Assembly: GCA_050730655.1 (NCBI GenBank)
Contig: JBOHNL010000019.1
Coordinates: 1 to 32,000, forward strand
From: Phycisphaerales bacterium
Lineage (GTDB): Bacteria; Planctomycetota; Phycisphaerae; Phycisphaerales; UBA1924
DNA length: 32,000 nucleotides
Direction of reading: 5' to 3'
Part shown: positions 17,138 through 25,151 of the stretch, in pieces
Position numbering within the stretch: the first letter of the stretch is position 1
Layout of the letters: every line of letters starts with the position of its first letter
Made by a program: the position numbers and the translations under genes
The notes under the pieces: model-generated
What the model saw: the letters and a program-made list of their open reading frames with translations, nothing else
Database searches by the model: none
What the model was told of the DNA's origin: nothing

Positions 17138-17749
17138 CTATCTCGCCGTTCCAAACACAACGCGCAGTTCGCTCGCCGGCAACTGCCAGCACAGGTTCTC
17201 CTCCCACAATTCCTGCATCAGTCGCGACGAATTGACGATCGCTTGCGTCACCTTCTTGAGTTGCTTGATCACCACAAACTCCGACGTAAATCGGATCCGC
17301 TGCGAGATGATCCGCACTCCAACATCGTTGTAAAACGACGGGACCTTCCTCCGATACGGCCACCCGTCCTTGCAGAAATATCCCATCGAGTACAGCCCCC
17401 AGGGCGTCTTGTGCGTGTAGTCGGAGTAGTAGTACGGATTCGAAAAGTGCGGCACTGTAATAGAGCACTCGCCCTCTGGCCGCAGCACGCGCACCACATC
17501 CCGAATCACCGTCTCGATATCCGAAAGATGCTCAAACGTGTGCACCGCTTCGATCCGGTCTACCGACGAATCCGGCAGGAACGCGAGTCCTTTGTTTAAA
17601 TCCGCTACCACATCCACACCCGGGAGCGCGATCGCATCAACACCGATGCTCCCCGGTTTCTTCTTCGGACCGCAACCAAGTTCCACCACCACCGGCCGCT
17701 TCGCCAGCATCGCCGTCAGATCTGTCAACACTCGAGTCTCAATCGTCAT
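17138..17749 (-). CDS. class I SAM-dependent methyltransferase
   Basis: Motif I VVELGCGPKKKPGSIGVD, an acidic post-I residue (VVADL) and a motif II/III-like region (IEAVHTFEHL...VLRPEG). The substrate is unknown. Confidence 0.7.
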   Translation of the reverse strand: MTIETRVLTDLTAMLAKRPVVVELGCGPKKKPGSIGVDAIALPGVDVVADLNKGLAFLPDSSVDRIEAVHTFEHLSDIETVIRDVVRVLRPEGECSITVPHFSNPYYYSDYTHKTPWGLYSMGYFCKDGWPYRRKVPSFYNDVGVRIISQRIRFTSEFVVIKQLKKVTQAIVNSSRLMQELWEENLCWQLPASELRVVFGTAR

Positions 17750-17788
17750 GCCCGCAGCATACGAACTGACCTTCCTGCTCCTTCCCTT

Positions 17789-17820
17789 GGTGCCTTAATG
17801 CCTCCCTGCCTCGATGCCTT
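17789..17820. repeat. tandem octamer array (NNTGCCTY)x4 in a divergent intergenic spacer
   Basis: GGTGCCTT AATGCCTC CCTGCCTC GATGCCTT, embedded in a pyrimidine-rich tract (about 17770-17850) between the methyltransferase and cobB start codons. Confidence 0.8.
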
Positions 17821-17904
17821 CTTTTCCATCAATGTCCGTTTCCTTCCCCATCCGAGCCGAAACGACTCTCCGTCTGCGCGTTTAATGCCGCGAATGATCC
17901 TCAT

Positions 17905-18690
17905 GTGACCGACTTCTCCCTCGCCGCCTCTCGGCTCCGCTCCGCGCGAAGCATCGTCGCCATCACCGGCGCTGGCATCTCTGCTGAATCCGGCTTGCGC
18001 ACATTTCGGGGCAGCACTGCCGCGCAAACCGCCGATCTCCCCAAAGACATGCAAGCTCTTTGGGCCGAGTTCGATCCGCAAACTCTCGCAACCCCCGAAG
18101 CGTTTGAAGCCGACCCCGAAAAAGTCTCGCGCTGGTACGACTGGCGTCGGCTTGGCTGTCTTGCCGCCGAGCCAAATCGCGGTCACCTCGCGCTGGCCGA
18201 GATTGATCGCTCCGTCACTGCCTCCGGCGGCACATTTTCCCTCCTCACCCAAAACGTCGATCGCCTCCACCACCGCGCCGGGAGTGCAAGGGTGGTTGAA
18301 CTCCACGGCAACATCATCCAGTGGCGCTGTACATCCACGCACCGAGTCGTGGATCTGCCGCCCGAGTCATTCTCAGTGTTCCCTCCTCCATCACCGTTCG
18401 CCAAAGGTGCTCTTCTCCGTCCGCATGTCGTCTGGTTTGGAGAAATGCTCCCCGAAGACGCCCTCGAAGCCGCGGCAGTCGCCGTCCGTTCCTGCGATCT
18501 CGTCCTCTCAATCGGAACCAGCGCCGTCGTGTATCCCGCCGCAGGCTTCCTGCATGCCGCACGCCAGAACGGCGCGTTCTCGATCGAAGTCAACGCAGAG
18601 CCGAGCGCTGCAACAAAGTTGGTTGACGTTGCCTTGCATGGCAAAGCCGGCGACATTCTTCCGAAGCTTGTGACGGCGGCGTTCTCCTAA
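17905..18690 (+). CDS. cobB: NAD-dependent protein deacylase, class III sirtuin (CobB/Sirt5-like)
   Basis: GAGISAESGLRTFRG, TQNVDRLHHRAG, the catalytic His in ELHGN, LRPHVVWFGE and GTSAVVYPAAG. YDWR supplies the Tyr-x-x-Arg pair typical of class III enzymes. Confidence 0.85.
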   Translation: MTDFSLAASRLRSARSIVAITGAGISAESGLRTFRGSTAAQTADLPKDMQALWAEFDPQTLATPEAFEADPEKVSRWYDWRRLGCLAAEPNRGHLALAEIDRSVTASGGTFSLLTQNVDRLHHRAGSARVVELHGNIIQWRCTSTHRVVDLPPESFSVFPPPSPFAKGALLRPHVVWFGEMLPEDALEAAAVAVRSCDLVLSIGTSAVVYPAAGFLHAARQNGAFSIEVNAEPSAATKLVDVALHGKAGDILPKLVTAAFS

Positions 18691-18702
18691 TTCAAAAACG
18701 AA

Positions 18703-18724
18703 CCCGGGCGCTTTCGCGCCCGGG
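18703..18724. terminator. GC-rich hairpin between convergent genes (probable intrinsic terminator, best fit for the minus-strand gene)
   Basis: CCCGGGCGC-TTTC-GCGCCCGGG forms a 9-bp perfect stem with a 4-nt loop. On the minus strand it is followed by TTCGTTTTTGAA (U-tract). It lies 13 nt after the cobB stop and 36 nt after the stop of the 18761 gene. Confidence 0.75.
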
Positions 18725-18760
18725 TCCATCACGAACTCTTCAGTTCAATCTGCCCTCGTC

Positions 18761-20869
18761 TCAGGGGCAGAGCAGTTCGTTGTAGGCCGCGACGAAGATC
18801 ACAAAGTCCGCGTCGTCCACCAGGTTGTTGCCGTCAAAGTCGGCCGGGCAGCCAGCAGGCATCAAGGGATCGGCACAATCGAGCTTGTTGTACGCGGAGA
18901 CGAACAGCGTGAAGTCGGCGTCGTCAACTTGGCCATCGCCGTTCAGGTCGCACGGGCAGGGAGCATGCTGAAGCTCAAAGGCACCCATGTCGATGCGGGC
19001 GTTGCCGCTGTTGTCGCCGTCGATGATGCGGGTCAGATCTTCGATGTCCTTGGTCAGGCCGACAGCTTCCGCGTTCGTCCCGGTGTCGACGCAGGGCGAG
19101 CCGGTGTTGAGGTGGAAATCGTCGTCGAGGTTGCCGGGGATTCCGTCCGAACCGCTGTAGTTCACGAACGACGGGGCTGCCGCGATGTTGCCGACGCCCG
19201 AAATCGGAGTGTTGAAGAAGTCGCCGTTCACGCATGAGTATCCGACGCTGCTGGTCCCACCGGACGCGTTGACCTGCTTGACGGTCGGGATCATGAGGCC
19301 CGGGCCGGTGTTGTAGTAAGCGATCGAATTCCGCATATCGATATTCGCACCGGCAAGAGCTCGAAGCCCGCCCGCGCCGCTAGTGCTCAGGTTGCCGACG
19401 ATGGTGCTGCTGCGAACCACCAGGTCGACGTTGGCGCCCGAGATGTAGACCGCGCCGCCATCCTGCGGAGCCGAATTGCCCCAGATCGCGCAGTTGGTGA
19501 TGTAGGTATCGCCGTACGCGCGGATCGCACCGGCGTGGCTCGACGCGTCGTTGTCAACGAACTTGCAGTTGTCGATCGAGAGCACCGGCTGGAGGAACCC
19601 GCCTGGTCCGCCGAAGTACTGCAGAGCGCCGCCTTCATCCGCATGATTCTGCGAGAAGATGCAGTGATCAAAGTGCGGCCCGATCAGGGCGGTCGTTCCA
19701 TCGATCGCGACGCCGCCGCCGCCGTGAAGGGCGGTGTTTCCGAAGAACGTGCAGTTGCGCACCGTCGGCGAGCCGTCGGCGATGTACATCCCGCCGCCGA
19801 TTTCGTTCGGAGCGGTGCTGTTGGCATAGCCGCTCGCGATCGTGAAACCGTCGAGTTCGGTGAGATACGAAACGTTCGAGCCGTCAACCACGTGGTAGCA
19901 GTTGTCATTGGCAAGGCCCGTGCCGATCTCGCCGCTGAGATAGCTCTGGTTGCCGACGCTGAGCACGCGCTGTGTGAGCAGCGTTTCGTTGCCGACAAAC
20001 CCGCCGTACATCTTCACGTTGTTCACGAGTTTGAAGCTGGCGATGCGGTTCTGGCCCGGGTTGTAGAGTCCGCCCGCGACCCAGATCTCGGTGATCTGGC
20101 CGCCCGAAGCCCGCGCCACGCTGAGCGCTTCCTGCAGGCTGTTAAACGCGTTGGTCCAGGACATGCCGTTGTTCAGTCCGGCGGCGTTGTCGTTCACATA
20201 CAGACGGCTGCCGGTGATCTTGACAAGCTGAAGACCGTTGAAAGCGCACTTCGCGAGGCTGACAAAGTCACACGAAGAAGTCAACTTCAGCTTCGGCGCG
20301 CCCGCGCCAACCGTGAAGTTGAACACGACGTGCGTCTTGCCGTACTGGAACGTGTCCGGAACGGTCGGTCCGCTCGTGCTGCCCGAGCCGAATCCGAGGC
20401 CACCGACATCGCCCGACAAATACGAGTTGTGATAGTTGGTGAAACCAAAACCGTCCACGTACGTCTGATCCGCGGGCGTCAGCGACGCGTAGGCGAACGC
20501 GCGATAGAAGCCTTCATCGAGACCGCTGATCTCGATCGTCACCACGCCGTTGGTGTCAAAGCCCATGGCGTAGTCATCCATCAGCGAGCCGAAATCGCCA
20601 GAGCCGAGATCGCCGTTGTGATTGCCGCTGTTGGTCTTAGCCAGGATCGTCAGGCCGGAGGACAATCCGTTCAATCCCACGAGACTCGAGCTCGCGCCCG
20701 CGCCGCCCGTTGCCACGACCTGATTCCACGTACCCGGCTGACCCGCGGCAGCGCCGTACGAGGCCGACGGAATCGTCTTGCCCGTGAAGTTGAGATCGAT
20801 ATTGACCGACTGGCCCAAAGCTGTTCCGGCGAGCAGCAACATGGTTGAAATGGCGGAGAGGCGAAGCAT
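18761..20869 (-). CDS. secreted right-handed parallel beta-helix protein with Pmp-like (GGA[ILV]/FxxN) repeats and two C-terminal dockerin/EF-hand-like modules
   Basis: Signal peptide MLRLSAISTMLLLAGTALGQ, with the start at 20869 and AAGGA about 8 nt upstream. Repeats include NCTFFGNTALHGGGV, HCIFSQNHADEGGAL, NCKFVDNDA..HAGAI and NCAIWGNSAPQDGGAVYI. The C-terminus carries DLNGDGQVDDADFTLFVSAYNKLDC and DFDGNNLVDDADFVIFVAAYNELLCP. Confidence 0.75.
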   Translation of the reverse strand: MLRLSAISTMLLLAGTALGQSVNIDLNFTGKTIPSASYGAAAGQPGTWNQVVATGGAGASSSLVGLNGLSSGLTILAKTNSGNHNGDLGSGDFGSLMDDYAMGFDTNGVVTIEISGLDEGFYRAFAYASLTPADQTYVDGFGFTNYHNSYLSGDVGGLGFGSGSTSGPTVPDTFQYGKTHVVFNFTVGAGAPKLKLTSSCDFVSLAKCAFNGLQLVKITGSRLYVNDNAAGLNNGMSWTNAFNSLQEALSVARASGGQITEIWVAGGLYNPGQNRIASFKLVNNVKMYGGFVGNETLLTQRVLSVGNQSYLSGEIGTGLANDNCYHVVDGSNVSYLTELDGFTIASGYANSTAPNEIGGGMYIADGSPTVRNCTFFGNTALHGGGGVAIDGTTALIGPHFDHCIFSQNHADEGGALQYFGGPGGFLQPVLSIDNCKFVDNDASSHAGAIRAYGDTYITNCAIWGNSAPQDGGAVYISGANVDLVVRSSTIVGNLSTSGAGGLRALAGANIDMRNSIAYYNTGPGLMIPTVKQVNASGGTSSVGYSCVNGDFFNTPISGVGNIAAAPSFVNYSGSDGIPGNLDDDFHLNTGSPCVDTGTNAEAVGLTKDIEDLTRIIDGDNSGNARIDMGAFELQHAPCPCDLNGDGQVDDADFTLFVSAYNKLDCADPLMPAGCPADFDGNNLVDDADFVIFVAAYNELLCP

Positions 20870-21087
20870 GGTGAAATTCCTTCTGTTCGTACGCTCAATA
20901 GCCGCGCAACCCCCGCGCAAGATCGATGTGATCTAGCTTCGTCGGATCTGAACAACTCAACCCGCTTTGGGCACACTTGATGAACGGCGTACACCCCATG
21001 CGACGCGGAGGCGATCACCGGCTAACCAAGTCTGAGATTTCTTGAAAACGTTTTCGAGGCTGGCTGGCTCGCACAAAACCGAATCCG

Positions 21088-22563
21088 TCAGGCCGAAGCC
21101 TTGGCGAGCGCCTTGAGTTCACGCCGCATGACCTTCCCCGTCGCGTTCCGAGGGAGCGCATCCAGCCTGCGAATCTCCACCGGCACTTTGTACCCCGCCA
21201 GATTCTGGCGGCACCACCCAATCAGTTCCTTCTCGTCAAACGTCGCACCGTCTTTGATCTCGACAAACGCGAGCGGCTGCTCGCCCCGCATCGGGTCGCT
21301 CACCCCGACCACGCCTGTTGCGCTCACCGAAGGATGGCGCTCCAGCACTTCTTCGATCTCGCGCGGGAAGACATTCTCGCCTCCGACGATAAGCATTTCT
21401 TTCAGCCGACCCGTGATGTGCAGATGCCCGTCATCATCGAGGCGGCCAATGTCACCGGTCCGGAAGTACCCGCTCTCGCTGAAGGCCTTCGCGGTCTCCT
21501 CGGGCAGATTGAAATAACCCCGCATGATGTTGGGGCCCTTCATCCACACTTCGCCATCGGTATTGGGGGGCAGACTCCGCCCCGTCGCCGTGTCGACGAT
21601 CCGCTGATCGACCAGCGGAATTGGTCGTCCAACGGAGCCCGGCCGGAACTCATGAGGCCGGCACCAATTGCTCACCGGCGAAGTCTCGGTCAGCCCATAT
21701 CCCTCATTGATCGTGATCCCAAACCGCTCGCGGAATCGATCCCGCACCGCGCCGGGAAGTGGCTCCCCGCCGCACACCGTATATCGAAGCGACTTGAAGT
21801 CATCCGGCGTCGCGTCTTTCGCGTGGAGCATCGCATTGAACATCGAAGGAATCGCGACCAGCACTGTCGGCCGATGTTCGCGAAGCAGCCGCATGATCTT
21901 GCCCGGAATGAACCGCGCCGTATACACCACCTTGATCCCGCCGCTGAGGGGCAGGAGTGTCAGCACGGTCATCCCGAACGAGTGAAACTGAGGCAGCACC
22001 CCCAGCATCGAATCCGCCCGCGAGAAATCCACCCAATCCCGGATCTGCCGGATATTGCTCATCAGGTTGCCGTGGGTCAGCATCACGCCCTTTGGCTTAC
22101 CGCTGGTTCCCGATGTATAGAGCAGCACGGCCAGATCTTCATCGCTGGTGGCCGCCGGCCAGCGAATGTCGGGCATGCCGCTGAAATCCACGTCCTCGAG
22201 ATAGACCAAGTTCTTCACCTTCGGCGAGTAGCCAAGGTGGTCGATCATCGGCTTCACGGTCACGATCGTGTCCGTCCCGCAGTCGTCGATCACGTATTGC
22301 AACTCTTCCTTCTTGAGAAGGTAGTTCAGGGGCACAATCGTCCGGCCAAGCGTCAACCCCGCCAATGCCGAGGCGGGGAAGCTGCCCCCCGTTGGAAGCA
22401 GGAGCCCGAGCCGCTGGGTGTGGTTGATCGTTTCGAGGCGATGGGCGATGTGGAACACCGCCGCCAGAAGCTCGTAATTCCGGGTCGTGCGCCGGTCGTC
22501 GACAAGGGCGACGGATCGGGGGTGCGTAAGCAACTGCCAGAGGATCTGTCGGTGGACGCTCAA
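21088..22563 (-). CDS. AMP-dependent synthetase/ligase (acyl-CoA or acyl-ACP synthetase-like, ANL superfamily)
   Basis: AMP-binding motif LLYTSGTSGKPKGVMLTHGNL, then EGYGLTETS, YFRTGDIG and the C-terminal catalytic-Lys region (LPRNATGKVMRREL). Confidence 0.85.
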   Translation of the reverse strand: MSVHRQILWQLLTHPRSVALVDDRRTTRNYELLAAVFHIAHRLETINHTQRLGLLLPTGGSFPASALAGLTLGRTIVPLNYLLKKEELQYVIDDCGTDTIVTVKPMIDHLGYSPKVKNLVYLEDVDFSGMPDIRWPAATSDEDLAVLLYTSGTSGKPKGVMLTHGNLMSNIRQIRDWVDFSRADSMLGVLPQFHSFGMTVLTLLPLSGGIKVVYTARFIPGKIMRLLREHRPTVLVAIPSMFNAMLHAKDATPDDFKSLRYTVCGGEPLPGAVRDRFRERFGITINEGYGLTETSPVSNWCRPHEFRPGSVGRPIPLVDQRIVDTATGRSLPPNTDGEVWMKGPNIMRGYFNLPEETAKAFSESGYFRTGDIGRLDDDGHLHITGRLKEMLIVGGENVFPREIEEVLERHPSVSATGVVGVSDPMRGEQPLAFVEIKDGATFDEKELIGWCRQNLAGYKVPVEIRRLDALPRNATGKVMRRELKALAKASA

Positions 22564-22679
22564 AAAGCACTCCGCAATGGATCGATCACCTGGGCCAAGG
22601 CCGGAAAGTGGCTTTCAACGCCACCGGGCGACGATAATACCGAACCCGTGCGGGCAGCGCGGCAAGGAATCCAGCGATC

Positions 22680-23504
22680 ATGACGGCGAGCATTCGTGCG
22701 GCAAAGGTGGCTCTGATGGTCCTATTGGTCGCCTCAGCGCTGTTCCTGGGTGCGTGTGCATCGTCCCACAAGGGCGCTCAGGACGACTACAAAGAGCTGT
22801 ATAGCCAGCACCGCTATGCCGACGCCTACAAGGCGGCGCTCGAGGCCCAGACCGAAGGGTCCAGCGTCCAGAAGGAACAGGCAGCCCTGATCGCAGGCCT
22901 CTCTGCCGCCGCTCTCGGCAAGAACGACGAAGCAGAAAAGATCCTCCGCCCCCTCCTCAAGAGCGGCGACCAAACGGTCAGCGGCAAGGCCGCGGCACAG
23001 CTCGGGCTCATCGCATACGGCCGAGACCACCACTCCGAAGCTTCCACGCTCCTGATCGACGCCTCGAACAAGCTCACCGGCGACGAAGCGGCCCGGGCAT
23101 CTCTGTACGCGGGCGACGCGCTCCGGGCACAGGGCAGAACGAGCGAAGCACGCTCGAGCTACGAGAAGGCTCAGGGACAGGTCCAGAACGACAGCACCCT
23201 CAAGGTGCTCATTTCCGATCGCCTTGCGGCGGTGACTGGCACGCAGACGTCCGGCACGGGGCAGTTCACCGTGCAGCTTGGCGCGTTCAGCAGCTGGCAG
23301 CGTGCTCAGGTACAGGCAGATCGGTACCGCGCACGAGCGCAATCGGCAGGCCTCGCTTCGCCACGCATAGTCCAGACCACGAATCAGCAGGGTGTGAAGG
23401 TGTACGCCGTGCGGGTTGGACGCTTCTCGAATCGCGGACAGGCGGAGACGGTGCAGCGGAATCTCGGCAGCGAGGCCAAGATCATGACCGCGACGAACGA
23501 GTGA
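22680..23504 (+). CDS. lipoprotein with a TPR-like helical region and a C-terminal SPOR (peptidoglycan-binding) domain
   Basis: Lipobox LFLGAC after a hydrophobic leader. The C-terminal FTVQLGAFSSWQRAQVQADRYR...VYAVRVGRFSNRGQAETVQRNL matches the SPOR pattern. Confidence 0.7.
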   Translation: MTASIRAAKVALMVLLVASALFLGACASSHKGAQDDYKELYSQHRYADAYKAALEAQTEGSSVQKEQAALIAGLSAAALGKNDEAEKILRPLLKSGDQTVSGKAAAQLGLIAYGRDHHSEASTLLIDASNKLTGDEAARASLYAGDALRAQGRTSEARSSYEKAQGQVQNDSTLKVLISDRLAAVTGTQTSGTGQFTVQLGAFSSWQRAQVQADRYRARAQSAGLASPRIVQTTNQQGVKVYAVRVGRFSNRGQAETVQRNLGSEAKIMTATNE

Positions 23505-23711
23505 CGCGGCGAGCCCCCTCTACCGCTGTTCACGCTCAGACTTCCAATCCACCCGCACCTGACCGTACGAGCCCAAGCGCAGCGAGGCACGCGGTTGCTC
23601 ACATCTGCAAAGCCAGCGCGGGCAGTCCGAGTGCCTGCGATGCCCAGCGCTCGGTCCCGTCGCTTCGCTCAGGTTCGTTCGGCCAGTCGCTGGTAGCTCG
23701 AGCGCGTGCCC

Positions 23712-24101
23712 TCAGGATTCCAGGATCACCGATGCTGTCGCAACGCCGGCGGCGTGACTGATGCTCACGTGCATTGATTTCGTCTGAAGTGAGCGAGCGA
23801 TTTCGCCAGCTTTGCCGTGCAGGTGAAGTGTCGGGGCGCCGGATGGCTGGTTGAGGATCTCAACGTCAGTCCACGCGATGCCGTCGCGCCAACCCGTACC
23901 GAGCGCTTTGAGCGCGGCTTCTTTTGCCGCGAACCGGCCCGCGAGATGTTCCGCACGCTTGGTATCGCCGGAATGCTTCGACGCGGTTTCACGCTCAACT
24001 GCCGTAAAGACACGTTCGAGAAAGCGCTCGCCATGATCCACGATCATCTCGCGGATGCGATCGACGCTGGCGAGATCGATGCCGTGTCCGACAATGGGCA
24101 T
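23712..24101 (-). CDS. acpS: holo-[acyl-carrier-protein] synthase (4'-phosphopantetheinyl transferase)
   Basis: 129 aa with MPIVGHGIDLASVDRI..., FTAVERE, LAGRFAAKEAALKALG and HVSISHAAGVATASVILE, the canonical AcpS layout. Confidence 0.9.
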   Translation of the reverse strand: MPIVGHGIDLASVDRIREMIVDHGERFLERVFTAVERETASKHSGDTKRAEHLAGRFAAKEAALKALGTGWRDGIAWTDVEILNQPSGAPTLHLHGKAGEIARSLQTKSMHVSISHAAGVATASVILES

Positions 24102-24114
24102 GCGGTCCTCGCGC

Positions 24115-24486
24115 TTAGGAGTCTTTCGACGACTTCTTGCTCTTAGCCTTTGGTTCAGACTTCGGCGTTTCCGGCTTTGACTTCGCGGCGGGCTCGGCCT
24201 TCGCCGTCTCTGATTTTCCGGATTCGACCTTCGCGGTGTCGGGCTTGGCCGTTTCTGACTTCCCGCCGCTCTTGTCGGCTTCCGCGGCCTTCTTATACGA
24301 ATCCGAGCGATAGTCGGTGATATAAAAGCCGGAGCCCTTGAACATCAGCGCTGCGCCGGTGCCGATGAGGCGTTCGAGCTTGTTCTTGCCGCACTTGGGG
24401 CACTTCTTGAGATGCGGCGCGGACATCGATTGGAATTCTTCGAAGGCATTGCCGCAGGCGTTGCATTTGTAGTCGTACGTGGGCAT
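24115..24486 (-). CDS. FmdB-family zinc-ribbon protein with a Lys/Ser/Glu/Pro-rich C-terminal tail
   Basis: MPTYDYKCNACGNAFEEFQSMS....CPKCG (CxxC...CxxC) is the FmdB/CxxC_CxxC_SSSS signature. The last 60 or so residues are low-complexity. Confidence 0.85.
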   Translation of the reverse strand: MPTYDYKCNACGNAFEEFQSMSAPHLKKCPKCGKNKLERLIGTGAALMFKGSGFYITDYRSDSYKKAAEADKSGGKSETAKPDTAKVESGKSETAKAEPAAKSKPETPKSEPKAKSKKSSKDS

Positions 24487-24498
24487 GGAGAAAATGGC

Positions 24499-24526
24499 TC
24501 AAATATGCAAATTGCAAATAGCAAAG
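24499..24526. repeat. tandem heptamer array (NCAAATN-like x4) in the grpE-fmdB spacer
   Basis: TCAAATA TGCAAAT TGCAAAT AGCAAAG, 13-40 nt upstream of the fmdB start. The same GCTCAAAT-N-GCAAAT word recurs at 28789-28804. Confidence 0.75.
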
Positions 24527-24538
24527 AAGACACTGAAA

Positions 24539-25093
24539 TCAGTCTGCGGGTGACACACTCACCTTTGCGGGGCGAATCACTTTGTCTCCACCACCGGCCG
24601 CGGCACCCGCGAGTGAATAGCCGGCCTGGAAAGTCGCGACGACTTTGCCGGGCTCGATGCCTTCGGCCTTTTGCTGCATGATCGCTTCGTGAATGCCGGG
24701 GACAAACTCGTCGCCGGGTTTTGGATTGATGACGCTCAGGCCTTGGTTTTGCAGCGCGCGGAGCAATTCTTCGCGGATGACCTTTACGCCAGAGACGAGC
24801 TGCTCGGCGGTGACCTTGCTCATGTCCTGCTGAAGGGCAAGATCAAAGTGATCGATCACACTAACGATGCCCTGCACGACACCCGCGGCACCCGTCGCCT
24901 TGGCAATCTGCTCGTTCGAATACGAACGCTTCTGGTAATTCTGAAAGTCGGCCATCGTGCGCAGGGCGCGGCTATTCGCTTCGGCGACTTCGGCCTCGAG
25001 CTTCGCGACCTTTTCCTGAAGCGCCAGATTGCTTTCCGGATCGCCTTCGCCGGAGATGTCCCATTCGTGCGGGATGTCTGATTCGCTGTTCAT
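24539..25093 (-). CDS. grpE: nucleotide exchange factor GrpE
   Basis: Coiled-coil N-terminus followed by ALRTMADFQNYQKR, VIDHFDLAL and the C-terminal beta-domain (F.P..HEAI......G.V........GY.L....IRPA.V.V). Confidence 0.9.
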   Translation of the reverse strand: MNSESDIPHEWDISGEGDPESNLALQEKVAKLEAEVAEANSRALRTMADFQNYQKRSYSNEQIAKATGAAGVVQGIVSVIDHFDLALQQDMSKVTAEQLVSGVKVIREELLRALQNQGLSVINPKPGDEFVPGIHEAIMQQKAEGIEPGKVVATFQAGYSLAGAAAGGGDKVIRPAKVSVSPAD

Positions 25094-25136
25094 GCCTGCT
25101 TCGCTTCCTGCGACATCTTTGCCTTGTACCAGCCCC

Positions 25137-25151
25137 AGAGTGATTCACTCT
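25137..25151. promoter_or_regulatory. perfect 7-1-7 palindrome in the dnaJ-grpE spacer (possible operator or RNA element)
   Basis: AGAGTGA-T-TCACTCT, which can be extended by CCC/GGG with one bulged T (25134-25155). Its function is unknown. Confidence 0.3.

Noticed and set aside
17138-18690. The Sir2-domain protein next to a methyltransferase as a possible anti-phage module (Thoeris/DSR/SIR2-type) or restriction-modification remnant.
   Set aside because: The sirtuin is a short stand-alone CobB/Sirt5-type deacylase with full catalytic motifs and no fused effector or sensor domains. The methyltransferase is a generic small-molecule/protein-type class I enzyme and is divergently transcribed. 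No nuclease, TIR, helicase or pAgo partner is present.
23505-23711. A 207-nt gene-free convergent spacer between the SPOR gene and acpS. It might hold a small RNA or small ORFs (23501..23761(+), 23384..23602(-)).
   Set aside because: I could find only weak, short hairpins and an 8-bp GCTCGAGC palindrome. There is no terminator-like structure or recognisable RNA family. The ORFs are Arg/Ser/Pro-rich shadow-type. It cannot be supported without expression or covariation data.
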